From assembly GCA_963575745.1 (NCBI GenBank), contig CAUYUJ010000303.1:186001-250000 (forward strand): 64,000 nt of DNA, written 5' to 3'. Numbering within the stretch: position 1 is the stretch's first letter; every line of letters begins with the position of its first letter. This document shows positions 12,451 to 24,850 of the stretch, piece by piece. Position numbers and translations under genes: made by a program. Source of the DNA: Prorocentrum cordatum. Taxonomy: Eukaryota. The notes beneath the pieces were generated by a model. That model was given only the letters and a program-made list of their open reading frames with translations, ran no database searches and was not told the DNA's origin.

Positions 12451-12759
12451 CTCCCCCGCTGCACCAGTCCTGGCGCAGCCGATATCGGGTGCTTTTGCTG
12501 GCCAGTCCAGGAAGCCGAGCGCACCGATCGCGGACCGAGGGTGGGCTTGTGCCAGGATCGGTGCACGTCTCGGCCAGCATCTTCCGCAATGATCTGACAC
12601 GGGGGACGGTTTGAGAGGGTTCGGGCACCAACACGGGTCTGGAGGGTGGACCCATGGAGTATGGACAGGTTCGGGTGTACGTTGCGAGAGGTCTCTGCGC
12701 TGCTATGCCGCTCCCTGTTGGTGTTTTCGAAAAGGGGCGTAGCGCGGCATTTCCTAGGA

Positions 12760-12985
12760 AGAGGGAGGAGTGGATGGAAGGCGGTGGGAGCAGCTTTCCG
12801 TCTTCTCTGCCGAGGAGGGAGGGTAGGACGGAAGGCGCTCCCTTCATGGGAGCCGAGGCGTAGCGGCAACTCCTAGGAGGAGGGAGGGGTTGATGGAAGG
12901 CGCTGGGAGCAGCTTCCGTTCTCCCTGCCAAGGAGGGCGGGTCGGATGGACGGCGCCCCCTACAGGGGAGCCGAGGCGCGGTCGC
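12760..12985. repeat. Tandem duplication, ~120-bp unit x2
   Basis: GATGGAAGGCG(G/C)TGGGAGCAGCTT...GGGAGCCGAGGCG occurs twice. Confidence 0.7.
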
Positions 12986-13229
12986 GGTCTACCCTTGGGG
13001 GCCGGGCTGTGCGGGCACAGTTGGGAAGGCAGACGTGCCCCCAAATTTCTGGAGGATGCGAAGCAGGAGGAGGAGTCTTGCTTTCTGGGGGAGCGGGAAG
13101 GGCTTCCGGGGTGGGTGCCCTCGTGGCCATTGCTGGGCGCAGCTCGACAAACAGAGTATTCTGGCGGATGACCCAACCATGTGCAGGCGCGAGTACCGCA
13201 AAGGCAGGTGGGATGAAGGAAAGGGGAGC

Positions 13230-13885
13230 TCACTATGGGACCAACATGCATGTGAGGAGTGTGCCAATCTATGGAGGTGCCGCCATGCGAGCTGTGCCAC
13301 TGGGGCGGTGGAGCTCCTGGTGGGGCCACGAAACGTATGAGGGGTGTGCCAATTTTTGTTGCGGCGCCGCCAAGCGAATCTGGCCATTGTGGCTTTCGGT
13401 GGAGTTCCATGTGGGGCCACGAAACGTGTGAGGGGTGTGCCAAAATGTTGCGCGGCTACCGTATACCAACTTTCCCGCTGGGGCCTTCGGTGGGGCTCCC
13501 TCCCTATGGGCCACGAAACGTGTGAGGGGTGTGCCGAAGTGGGCGTGGCGCGGCCATGCGAACTTTCTCATTGGAGCCCTCTGTGGGGCTCCCTATGGGG
13601 CCACGACGCTCATAAGGGGTGAGCCGACATTTTGCGCATCGTTGTTAAATGAATCTTCCCACTGGGGCCTTCGGTGGAACTCCCACGATGCGTGTGAGGG
13701 GATGCTGACATCTTCGCGGCGCCGCCATGCGAACTTCCCCACTGGGGCCTTCGGGGTGAGCCTCCCTACTGGGCCACGAAACGGGCGAGGGGTGTGCCAG
13801 AATGGGCGCGGCGCCGCCATGCGAACTCTCCCACTGGGGTCTTCGGTGGGTCCCTGTGTGGCCACGAAACGTCTGAGGGGTGTAC
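13230..13885 (+). repeat. Degenerate tandem array with core GGGGCCACGAAACGTGTGAGGGGTGTGCC (~90-100-bp unit)
   Basis: The core recurs about 7 times. The reverse-complement array is at 22080-22640. Confidence 0.85.
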
Positions 13886-15078
13886 CGCAGCGGAACATGC
13901 GGAGAGCAGAGGCAGGGATGGTAGGGGAAAGGAGGGGGATGAGGAAGGAGCTTGGCATCGCTCGGATGTGTGCATTTTCTTTCTCGGCGGGAACCTTCGA
14001 GGAGCATCCTCGACCATCTGGCGAACAAAAACTCGCACGACACCGACAAAAAAACACAGGGAATGGACGTCCGAGCGATGGCCAGAGGCAGGGATGGCAG
14101 GGGAAAGGAGGGGGACGAGGAAGGAGGCACGAGACGCGGGGCGCCGCGGATTCCACAAAGACGACCCAGTGCAACGCAGGATGGTTGGGAAAAAGGTAAG
14201 GGGGGTTCTTGGCGCTTTGCTCTCGAGTGGAAAGAATGCCTCGTTTCCAGGTCTTCGATGTCCTGGAGAAGACCAGGGCGGTCGGAGGCTTGGAAATTGC
14301 AGTTCCAGAGGCCCAGATCGCGCCCCCTAGCCCACATGTCCGCGTCGGCATTTCGCCCTCCCCGCATCCTTGGTTTGTGAGCCTTCCCGTTCCCTGCCTC
14401 GTCCCCCCCCCCCGCCAGTCATCCGTGTTCTACTCGTTTCCCCCCCTCCCTCTTCTCCCTCCCCGCCCCATGTGTAGCGGCGGCTTCTGATGGCACAGGC
14501 GGCGAGGAAACGTGGGGCAGTTGAAGTCGCCCAGGCGCACTCGTGCTCGAGGGGGCCGGTGCGGGTCTGACGCCGCCAGGTGACGATCGGCGCCGCTTTC
14601 CTTCAGCAGATTGTCCGCCTTCGAGACGGCGCCACTTGCCCGACTTGCATCAGCTGTGCATTGAACTCTGGTATTTGGTATTCGTCCGGACAGATCATCG
14701 GACCCAGATCGAAACATACCGAGAGGGCAATCGGCGCGCATGAGCAAAGCGACCCTGATTTGTGATCAATGGTAGTCAGCCCTGTGTCCTCCCAATCCAC
14801 ATTCCGTCTTCTCTCTCGGTTTCTGCGCCCTCATGGCCCCGTCGGAAGTTGCTCTTATAATCGCCAGAGTGTCCCCTCGCCTCGTGTGTGCTCAGACGAT
14901 AGCACGCGTGACCTCCTGACGAGAGGATCTTGTGTGGTTGCCCCTGTGAACAACGAGGACCGCCATGAACTGCAGCGGTCCAGGCGGGAGTCTGGACGTG
15001 TCCACGACCGTGGGAAGCCTCAGGCTCAGGACCCGCTTCCCTCAGGACGGGACACCTTCGTCGAGGGTGCTTACAGTA

Positions 15079-15254
15079 CAGTGAGGGTCTTGACCTAAGG
15101 AACCCAAAATAAGGAACGAGGCCCCTTTTTCCCATAAGTTAAACTTCGATTTCCTGTCGAAAACATAAGGAAAGCCTGAGGCAAGCTGTGAAACACTTAA
15201 GGAACGCGGAGCCCCTTCCCAACGAAAAGGGTTCCTTCTTCAGGGCCCCGACTG
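15079..15254 (-). mobile_element. MITE family C copy 1 (Tc1/mariner-type ends CAGT...ACTG, TA TSD)
   Basis: TA(15077-78)|CAGT...GCCCCGACTG|TA(15255-56). It is the reverse complement of 22657-22832. Confidence 0.8.
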
Positions 15255-15684
15255 TAGGTCCACTAGGTCACCCGGGGGGGGGGGGGGGTAATCGCGTTTC
15301 GCGCCCCCGCCAGAGCGGCTGCCTTTGTTCTAGGGGTCGGCGCCGGGGGCGCGAGGGCGCGAAGATAATCGCGAGTGACGCATCGCGGGCCCAGAACGCC
15401 TTATCTATGCGCGAGACCAGGGGTGGCCGGCCAGGATATTCCACAGGGGCCTGAGGGCGAGATCTGCACAAAGTAGGTGAACCGGCTTTGGGTCTGAGGT
15501 GGCCAGCATTGGTCCCGGCCAGCAATAATGGGGGGGCGAGGTTCTTGGTTCTGTGTTTGAGAAGGTGTTTGTTGCCAACCATCCTGTGGTGTTGGGACCT
15601 CGTTCTGAAGAGACCGCCCCGTGTCACTCCTCTCCCCTCCTCCCGCTCCTCCCTCCTCCCACCCTTGCCTCTGCCCCCCGAATG

Positions 15685-15928
15685 TCCTCATCACCGTCAC
15701 CATCGTCATCATCTTCATCGTACTTACAACAATCATCAACATCATCATAGTCAATAGTATTATCATCCTGTTCATCATCAGTATCGCCAACGCCAGCATC
15801 AGCATCATCACATTCATCATCATAAATCACAATCCGTACGATCACCATCATCACAATCATCAGCACCAACACTAGCATTATCATTAGCAGCATCAGCAGT
15901 ATCAGCATCGTCATTATCATCAGTATAC

Positions 15929-15961
<33 letters not shown>

Positions 15962-16210
15962 CCTGCATCATCATCATCATCAGCATCATCATCATCATCA
16001 ACATCATCATCATCACCACCACAATCATCATCAGCATAATCGTCGTCATGACCACGACCATCATCATCATGATCATCATCAGCATAATCACCAGCATCAT
16101 CATCAGCATCATTATCATCGTCATCACCATCAGCATCAGCTTAATCATCATCACAACTAGCATAATCATCGTCACCACCATCATCATCATCATCATCATC
16201 ATCGCCGTCG
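15685..16210. repeat. (ATC)n compound microsatellite
   Basis: Direct reading. Confidence 0.95.
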
Positions 16211-16230
16211 TACCTCCTTCTCCTCCTCCT

Positions 16231-16267
16231 TCCGTAGCCATGTTAGTTCAAGCCATTTTGGCTCAAG
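16231..16267 (+). other. Tandem DinoSL relicts (full 22-mer plus truncated 15-mer)
   Basis: TCCGTAGCCATGTTAGTTCAAG (19/22 to DinoSL) is followed immediately by the exact CCATTTTGGCTCAAG. Confidence 0.92.
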
Positions 16268-16369
16268 GCACTTGGTGGCCAGGCATCGAGGACGGGCCGC
16301 GGTCGCGTTCCTCCTGCCAAGGACGGCCGCTCTCCTCGGCCTCCGCGCTCGCGCTCCCCTCCTCCAGCG

Positions 16370-17571
16370 ATGGAGGCGGTGCGCCAGGCGATGCCGTGGC
16401 CTCTGCCCCGAGGGATGCGTGAACTTGCCCCCACTTCTCCAGCGAGAAGTGGGGATGCGAGCGCCATGTCCCCCACGCCGCCAGGTACAGCTGACACGTG
16501 CGACTTCAACCTGATGTCGGCCCTGAAAAAAGCTGATCCCCCCTCCCGCGCGCAGCGTTGATGCTCTTGGGACCCAGTTGAACCTTGGTATCCAGGAGAG
16601 AAGCGGACAGATCTCGGGAATCCAGGGCCCGATGCTGCAGGCCGAGAAAAACTTCCAGATGCTCCAGGCCGCCCGCGCCGACCTTGCTAGGACCACCCGT
16701 GAAAACTTTGACAGCATCCGTCAGATCCAGGAGCAGGCATTCCAGCAGGCCATCCAGGACCGTGAGATCGCTGAGGGTAAAACCGTGGACGACGTGAAGG
16801 GGCTGACCCAGGCGATGAAGGATGAGACGTGGGAGGTGAAGGCGAGCATGGTAGGGAACTCTCTTGGTGGAACTGACCTCTGGTGGTCGTTTCACTCGAC
16901 GTCGTGTGGAAGTCGGGGGTATTGGCAACCCCTCTTGGCTCGTCGTTCTCGGCTTCAAGCGTGCCCTGATGGAGAACACGCTCCGTCTTGCAGTGAGCCC
17001 GATTCTTGACAAGCGCGTGATTCAGGAAGCTCGTCCAGGAATCCAGATCAGGGCGTTCAATGTCAGTAAGAAGGTTTTTCTGGATTTCCCGTGCACTCTC
17101 CAGGCGTTGGCGTTCCATGCGGAAACAGCAACCTTGGGCTCCTTCATGTTCCCGAACCCCGAGGGAGGCGAAGATCTGGAGCTCAGGGTTAGTCGCGATT
17201 TCCCCACCTCTCGGAAGCTGTTCTATTATCTCGGGGATATGCGCCAGGCCGTGGCTAACATCTTCGGGCAGGAGCGCACAGGTTCCACGGGGCTCGGGGG
17301 TGCCATCTATGTTCTGAAGAACGAGTCGACACCAGTCCAGGTCGTCAAGATCGCGATTGCAGATGACGGGCCCAGTGCGGGCAGCGCCACCATGACTCTT
17401 GACCCCGAGGGCTTGGCCGAGATCGAGGGGGCACAGCACGCGGCACGCCTTCAGACTCGGTTCTCTCAGATACGGCCCCTTCGGCGAGTACGACAGCCGC
17501 GTGAAGAGCCAGGGTTTCGGGGGGAGCAGCCCAGGCACATCGGTGCCCCTGGCCTCGGGCAGCAGCTCTAG
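16370..17571 (+). pseudogene. LINE ORF1 remnant (coiled-coil plus globular part), frameshifted
   Basis: Consecutive ORF pieces 16370, 16578 (EKNFQMLQAARADLARTTRENFDSIRQIQEQAFQQ, heptad-like) and 16864, located between the SL and ORF2. Confidence 0.6.
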
Positions 17572-17599
17572 TGCTAATTCGTACGACACAGCGTCACCA

Positions 17600-20500
17600 T
17601 ATTCTCCTCGGCTCGCTGGGGTTGCGGGCGGAGTGCACCGTCCAATCCGTCCTCTGACTCTCTGTGCTTGGAATGCACGTGCTCTCTTTGCCTCTATCTC
17701 GTCTGCCTCTCTGAGAGCGGGTTCGCGTTTTCGCCGTGTTAAGAAGTTGCATGAGCGTTGCCAGATCGCGCGTTTCCAAGAAACCCACGGATCTGATGCT
17801 GACCTTACGATTATCCGCGATGAGTCTCGCACATGTACGTGGCGTGGGAGCTCTATTGAGGGGAGTGCTGCTGGCGGGGTAGTCACGCATGTCTCGTCGG
17901 AGCTGCATGAGTGCTTTCGCGATGTGAAGGAGCACGTTGTGATCGAGGGGCGGGTTCTACTTGCCACGTGCACGGGCGACACGGATGACCGCGCGATTGC
18001 GAATGTGCACGTGCCGAGCACTTGTCACGACATTTTTGAGTACAAACGCTACTTGCGTGCCATCGAGCGCATGCTGCCGCCTGCTGCGCATTGTACGTCG
18101 ATCATCCTGGGGTCTGGAACTCTGTTCACATGGAGGGCGGCAGGTTCCTTGGGGGCGGTGCATTTAGCCCTGGGGACCGCGATCAGTGCGATGCGTTCCA
18201 GGAAATCTGTGGACGCTGGTGCGAGCTGCACCAGCCTGGCCCCGCCCGTCGTGACATCCGGGGAGGTGCTCTTCGTGGTTTCTCGGGGCTTGACCGCTCT
18301 TACACCGCCACCCTCCCTGCGGGCATTCTGAATGAGATGACGGTAACTGCGACTGCCGTGGGTGCCCTGGCTCGTCCCGGGGCTTCTTCGGACCAGATTC
18401 CTATCGCGGTTTCTCTGGCGCCCCCGGCTGCCCCTGGGCAGTTCTCGATTCCCAAGCTGCTCAGCATGCATGCCGAGTATCGTCGGATGGTCAGCGAACA
18501 ATTTCAGACCCTGATCTTACCGAGTAATCTCGATGAGAAGGTGCGCCGGGTGAAGATTGTTTTCGCCGCTGTAGCTATAGAGTTCCGTCAGTCACTCAAG
18601 TCCAGACAGCCCTCGAACGATGCTAAGCGTCTCCACTTTGTTTTCCTTGCTTATCGGGGATGGAGAGGGCAGCAGTGGTATTTGTGTCTTCGCGCGCTGC
18701 GTTGCTATGATGCTCTTTACCGCTACTTTCATGTTGGCCGTGGGATTTGCACTGATCCTGATGGGCTTCATTCTCTGATTGTTATTCTGAAGCTTCGGCG
18801 GTTTGATCGCGAGGAAGAGGAGGTGGAGCACAGCTGCGAGGTGGAGGAGGTAAGAGCCGACAGAGGAAGAGGCTGGTGGCTCTGAGGCGGGGGTGGGATT
18901 TGATGAAGAGGCGCGTAGGGCCCCGAAGGATTCTGGACGAGGAGGGTCTGCCTTGCCCGCAGCCCGACGTCGCTGCCGGCATCTTGGCGGCACACTGGTC
19001 TCGGGTGTTCGCGTATCAGGAGCACGACGCACAGCGCTGGCCTGCCATTCTCGAGCACGTTCAACGTAGAAATGCATGCCCAGACCCCCCACGGTGGCGT
19101 CTCGACCATAGCGAGTTCCCTCGTAAAGTGCGGCGCAAAGGTCACTCCGCCCCTGGGCGCGACGGGGTCCCGCATGGCTGCTGGGCGGCCCCCGAGGCGA
19201 TCGATGTCCTATTTGAGGCCTACGAGCGCATCGACGATTCCGAGGGTGACTGGTTGCCGAGCGAGTGCCGTACTAGCCGCATGGTCTTCCTGCCCAAGGG
19301 CGACGACCCTGCCGATCGAGGGTCCTTTGTCTCGCGGGCCCCTGGAGCGACTCGGCCTCTTTCCCTCGCGAACGCGGATGCGAAGATCTGGTCTGGCTCC
19401 TTCTGCGTTGGCTTGAATGACGTTGCCCCGCGCGCGGTGACGGAGCGATCGCGCGGGGGAGTCCAAGGGCGCAATCTCTTGGATAACGTTGTTGAGGTCT
19501 AGGAATGGGGTCTCTTGCAGCACATGAGGGGCCGCGATAAGTCGGGGGTGCTCTTCGCGGGCTTCCGCGCTGCGTTTCCTTCGATTTTTTCGGCGTGGAT
19601 CTTTTAAGGTTCTCCAGGCCATGGGCGTTCCGAGGGCAGTGATTGGTTTCTCTATGTCTGTTTATCTGGACAACATTGCGGTGGTGAGTTTCGCTGGGGC
19701 TACTGAAGTCAGGTTTGACGTTGGAAGGCGGGTCCGCCAGGGGGGCCCAGTTTCAATGGCCCTGTTCGCGCCTGTCCTGGGCCCTGTCTGGCAGTGGATT
19801 CAATTTATGCGGGCCCCTAGATTAGAGCTCGAACTCGCGCATGCCGACGATTGCTGTTTCGGCCTCCAGAATATACTCACGGATTGTATGCCCATTCTAC
19901 GTCTTCTTGATCTTTTGTCCACAGCCATTGGTCAATCTCTGAATCTCGGGGAGTGCTATGTCTTGGTCTGCGGCCCCCTCTCTTGCGCGCGCCTGCCGGA
20001 GCACGTGCGACGGAAGGGGGGCCGGTTCCACGCGATACGGGCTGCGATTCACGTTCTGTGCTTAGGGTGTTGTGCGGGCCCGACGGCACACGCAGTAGCC
20101 TGGCACAAGGTGGTGATAAAGTTATGGCAACGAGTCCGTCTTCTGCGCTCTCTCTCGTTTGGGTTGCCTGTGTTGCCTACCACCCATTCGGCTCTTCCGT
20201 TCGAATTGCCTCTCTGTCTGCCAGCATCGGATGCAGCTGGTCAAAGTCACCCCAGAAATATTCAGACAGCATCGAGAAGCCCTACATACCCGGACGGCAG
20301 GTCTCAGACATGCACTGAACCATTGTATGCTAACGCAGCTGACGCATCTTGGGGTATCCTTGAAGTTGCTTGATCTTGGGATTATGGACAAAGCAACTAA
20401 GTTTCGTGTGCTTTCTAAGTGTCGGGCGCGGGACAGTGCCCTTAATGCATTCGAGGAGCTCACCGCGGGACTTCTGGACGACGACTTTATTCCCGGGCGA

Positions 20501-21120
20501 ATCGTTTCAGTCTGGTGGAGGCACTCCATGATTTGAAGCGCAAAGGCCGACGCTGCCGACGTTATCAATGCTGGTATCAGGCGTGACTGCAGGCACCTCC
20601 AGGGCTGTGTACACCGTCACTTGCGAGGTTTAAGGCCTGGCATCGCGCCACTTGTCCTCTTTGCAGACGCGTATAGGCAGATGGTTGAGTGAAGTCTCTA
20701 TCCCAGTGATGTCGGCATTAAGCGCACGGCTTCAGGCAGTCGAAAAGGCGCCAGGCACCCACCTCACCACGGGCATGATCCGGGTTCTGTCCAGGGGTGT
20801 CTGCACTCCGGCCAGGTTTCATAATGTCGATCGGGGGCGCTGCTTCAAATGTGGAGGCTCGGACGACATGCTTCACTCTAAGTGTTGCCCCGCGTTGAAG
20901 GCCCTTGCTCTCAGATGGCCCCCAGGCGCTTCTAACCTTCAGGTCGCTGGCGGGAGCAGATCACGAGCGACGGGGGGCGGTTCCCGACGCTGTCGCTACT
21001 TGGGCCCCGCCGGGGGCAAGATCGTGATCTGGCCAGCGCCGCGATCCTGGGTGCCTTCCTGAATGCCCACGCCCACCATCGCCTGAACACTCGTGTCTGT
21101 CCCATGGCCTCTCCCATGCT
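17600..21120 (+). pseudogene. LINE ORF2 remnant: AP endonuclease + reverse transcriptase + C-terminal CCHC
   Basis: APE motifs CAWNARAL, FQETHG, ANVHVP, LDRSY, SSDQIP. RT motifs SAPGRDG, RPLSLANADAK, GRNLLDNV, VRQGGPVS (~19738), HADD (~19840). CFKCGGSDDMLHSKCC at ~20841. Many frameshifts and stops. Confidence 0.92.
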
Positions 21121-22079
21121 CGGCTTCGGCTATCTGTGCGTCGCTACAAGAAGGTTGCTAAAGTATTCGTGGAGTGAGATCCACTCCGCCTCAACAAACT
21201 GAGTCGGCCTGACGATGCGTGAATGCCCCCCCCTTGCTTCCCCTGTCTCTCCTTCCCTGCCTCTGCTGTTGCTTCTCTTTCTCGCGGGGCGGGCCTGTTG
21301 TGTTGGGCCCTTGTTTGCCGCCCCCTCCCCCCCTGTCCCATGCGTGCTTCTGGTGCCCTTGTGCCCCTCCCCTCGTGCGTGTCCCTTGCCTGCTCCGCTG
21401 CGCTGTTGCTGCTGGCAGCCTCGTGGTGTTGGCATGGGTTGGGGCCTTCGCCTTTCGCTGTCGCGGGTCGAGGGGGCGCGGCGACGGCGCGCGCGCGCGG
21501 CCGCCCCCACCCGCCGCCGCCCGCCGCCGCCTGCACGCCGCCTCTTGCATGAAATACCTCCACCTGCTCTCTGAGAGAGCCGCCGCAGTCGGTGCTCGCC
21601 TGACTGGTTTGCACAGGTGAGACGGACCCGCAAGCAGTCCAAGTCTTTGTGGGGCATGGACCCCGCTTGTCGGGCGTTTGCAGCCCTCCCCCTGTGCCCA
21701 GTGCGCCCCCCCCCCCCCTCTCCCCCTTCGATCGGGGCCTCTCGCCCCTTCCGTCGGGGTGCGGGATTGATCGTCCTCGCCCGCGCGCGAGGTGCCGCGG
21801 CGACCTCGGCCTGCGGTTCAAGGGAGTGTTGTTGCCTAAGGGTTTCAGACAACGCCCTTTCCTCCCCCTTTCTTCCCTCGCTGCCCCTCTGCTGCGGCTG
21901 CCCCCCCTCCTGCGCGGGCCTCACCTTTGGCAGGCTTGGCCTGCCGCGGCGTGGCCCTCACTGATCACGGACCATGGATATGGATATGGATTATTGGTGG
22001 GCGTCCTGCGGTGGGGAACGAAAAAAAAACTCCTCTTCTCCCTCTTCCCCCCCCCTCCTCCTCCTGCGCCTGCTTCGGC

Positions 22080-22640
22080 GCGCCCCTCGCACGCTTCGTG
22101 GCCCCAAAAGGAGCTCCACGGAAGGCCCCAGTGGCAGGGTTCGAACGCGCCCCCCCCTTTCCACTTCTGGCACGCCCCTCATTTCGCGGGCCCATTGTGA
22201 GCCCCACCGAAAGCCCCGACGGTAGGGTTCGCATGCTGCCCCCGTCCACTTTTGGCACGCCCGTCACACGTTTCGTGGCCTCATCGGGAGCTCCACCGAA
22301 GGCCCAACGGTTCGCGGCCCCAAAGGGAGCTTCACGGAATGCCCCAGTGGCAGGGTTCGCATGCCGCCCCCCTTTTTTTTGGCACGCCCCTCACACGCTT
22401 CGCCGGCCCATTGTGGGCTCCACCGAAGGCCCTGGCGGCTCTTCTTTGGCACGTCCTTCACGCGCTTCGTGGCCCCAGAAGGGGGCTCCACCGAAGGCTT
22501 CAGGGGCATGGTGCGCACGCCACCCCCTTTGCACGTTGGTTCACCCCTCACGCGCTTCGTGGCCTCATGAGCTTCACCGCAGGCCCCGATGGCAGGGTTC
22601 GCATGCCGCCCCCTCCTCCGCCGTGGCACGCCCCTCGCGC
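22080..22640 (-). repeat. Reverse-oriented array of the GGGGCCACGAAACG repeat family
   Basis: GGCACGCCCCTCACACGCTTCGTGGCCCC-type units repeated. Confidence 0.85.
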
Positions 22641-22656
22641 GCGTCGTGTCCCCATG

Positions 22657-22832
22657 CAGTCGGGGCGGTGAAGAAGGAACCCGTTTCGTTGGGGAGGGGC
22701 TATGTGTTCTTTAATTGTTTTGCAGATTGCCTTAGATTGTCCTTTGGTCTTCGATGGGGAATCGAAGCTTAACTTATGGAAGAAAAGGGGCTCGTTCCTT
22801 ATTTGGGGTTCCTTAGGTCAACGCCCCGACTG
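22657..22832 (+). mobile_element. MITE family C copy 2
   Basis: Perfect 11-bp TIR CAGTCGGGGCG...CGCCCCGACTG. Flanks TG/TG. Confidence 0.85.
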
Positions 22833-22978
22833 TGAGGGGGTTCCACCGAAACCCCGAGTAGCAGGATTCGCATGCTGCCTCCCCCTTTCCACTCTGACTC
22901 GCCACTCACACGCTTCGCGGTTCCCTGCGGAGCGCCACCGAAGACGATCTTCACAGCTGTAGTACTCACAACTGCATT

Positions 22979-23120
22979 CAGCCGGGGCGCTGAAGAAAAA
23001 CTCTCTGCGTTGGGGAGGGGTTCCGTGTTCCTCTGTTTCACTGTTTGCCTTTTGATTCCCATACGTGTTTGATGGGGCGTCGTTCCTTATTTAGGATTCC
23101 TAAGGTCAGCGCCCCGATTG
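22979..23120 (+). mobile_element. MITE family C copy 3 (shorter variant)
   Basis: CAGCCGGGGCGCTGAAGAA...TCGTTCCTTATTT...GGTCAGCGCCCCGATTG|TA. Confidence 0.75.
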
Positions 23121-24685
23121 TATGGTTGGGTTCTTCGCCAGGACACTTTTGTTCAGCCTTTTGGGGCCGTTTTGGGCCGTGGGACAGTCAGAAACAGATA
23201 TGGGGTGGAACACTGCGTCAGATGGACCCCGAGAGGGTTTTTTGGGGGGATCTTTATCGGATTTGTCCGTGCCCCCCCGTCTTGGTAGATTGTTTCTGGG
23301 CCCACCCATCTCATAGCACTTGGCCTCCTCCAGTTCTAGGATGATCTACCTGTTGTGGTGCCACTTCGATGTTCCGTCCACCCGCCCTCTGGTCTTGCCC
23401 TCTGCCATCCCCCTCTAGAACGCACCTGCTCCCACCGTGCCTGGCCGGCCCGTCGCCACCCAGCGCCCTATACTTATTTTAGATATGTGCCATATGGGGT
23501 GGCACCTTCTGCATTTACAGCGAGTTCTAAGTGCCATTCGAGCGTTCGAGTCCACCTGGCAGAATTCCGCCTCTTCCGGCTTGCGCAGAAAATCTTTCGA
23601 GTGGCATCCCGCCGATCGTTGATGCGGCGAGGAAGTACTGGTTTGCGCGACTGCGTTTAGCCCCCACGGGCGCCCCTGAAGCCGCGCATCAAAGGTCACT
23701 CTAGCCGAGGGTCACTCCTACGATAAGTCGATTATATCATCCTGGGAAAGAAATGTTACTGTGAATGTGACTGTGCGTCGCCTTTAGCCTCCAGGGGCCG
23801 TTTTCGGGCTCCGGGGCCGTCAGGACGGGATTCGTATTGAAAAACTACACTCGGGGAAGCCCTCCATACGGTCTTGGGACACGACCTGCAAAAGTTGAAT
23901 TCTTTTTTCCAGGGGGGAGTAGCACGGTGTACAGGCCCAGTTTGCTACGGCAAGGAGGGCATGAATTTCTTGGGGGGAGCGCATCCTTGGGGAGGCTTGA
24001 AGAAATTGTGTTCAGTCTGCCGTGCCGTGTCAGGTGCTTCAGTGGGGAGAGTACAGTGGTTCTCGTCCGCCTATTTTCCATTTTTTTGTCATCCTCCTCC
24101 TACAGCGTCTCCTCTCACTTAACTGTTTCCTCAATCTCCTCTCTCCCCGCCCCTCCTCCTCCTCCTTGTCCTCCCCCTCATCCTCCTCCTCCTTCTCCTA
24201 TCCATCCCTTTTTCATTCACCTCGCTTCTCCGCGCCCCCTGAGGTCAGGTGTGTCACTGGCCCGAGGTGACCCAAGGACTTCCAGAGCACCTCTCACAAG
24301 GCCCAGAGGTGGGGCTCCAAAGTTGTGCGAACAGCTCGAGACACAATGAGCCAGGAACGCTTTTGGCGACTTGCGTCAGGCAAAAATGTTGTCATCCAGC
24401 GCGCTGGTTGTTTGCCCCACGCGTGATGTCGAACTGGACGGGCGACAGGGGGGGCCTTCTAAGATGGCGGGGAACGCTCGAGAAGGGCCCAGACCACCCC
24501 CTTCGAAGACCACACGTCCGAGCCCCAACTACGGTTCCAGCTGAGCGTTCGCATTCCAACGCGGAGCCCATTTCGGCACACACACACACGCACACCTCAC
24601 GGTGTGCTTTCCCACAGATGGGCCCAGACCCCAGTGTGGGTGTTCGCATGCAGTCATGTCGCCGCAACGCTCGCATGCTTCCTGC

Positions 24686-24850
24686 CAGAGAGAGGGAGAG
24701 AGAGAGAGAGAGAAAGAGGAGGAGGAGGGTGAGGAGGAGGAGGAGCAGGAGCAGGAGCAGGAGGAGGAGCAGCAGGAGCAGGAGGAGGATGAGCAGGAGG
24801 AGGAGGAGCAGGAGGAGGGAGGAGGAGGAGGGAGGAGGAGAAGGAGAGAG
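24686..24850. repeat. (GA)n / (GAG,CAG)n purine-rich microsatellite
   Basis: Direct reading. Confidence 0.9.

Larger units (their letters stand above)
16231..22029 (+). mobile_element. Apparently full-length but decayed non-LTR retrotransposon (APE-RT-CCHC, L1/Tx1-like architecture)
   Basis: 5' SL pair, ORF1 and ORF2 remnants, A9 tail at 22021-22029. Both flanks are CT-rich (CTCCTTCTCCTCCTCCT before, CTCCTCTTCTCCCTCTTCC after). Confidence 0.85.

Noticed and set aside
16231..16300. SL RNA gene (also 26678)
   Set aside because: The SL is not followed by the GT donor/intron of an SL RNA gene but by coding sequence, so these are relict or mimic copies.
13230..22832. One large composite element with inverted arms (repeat arrays and MITE C copies) around the LINE
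   Set aside because: The arm components are not in mirror order and belong to abundant families, so independent insertions explain the pattern.
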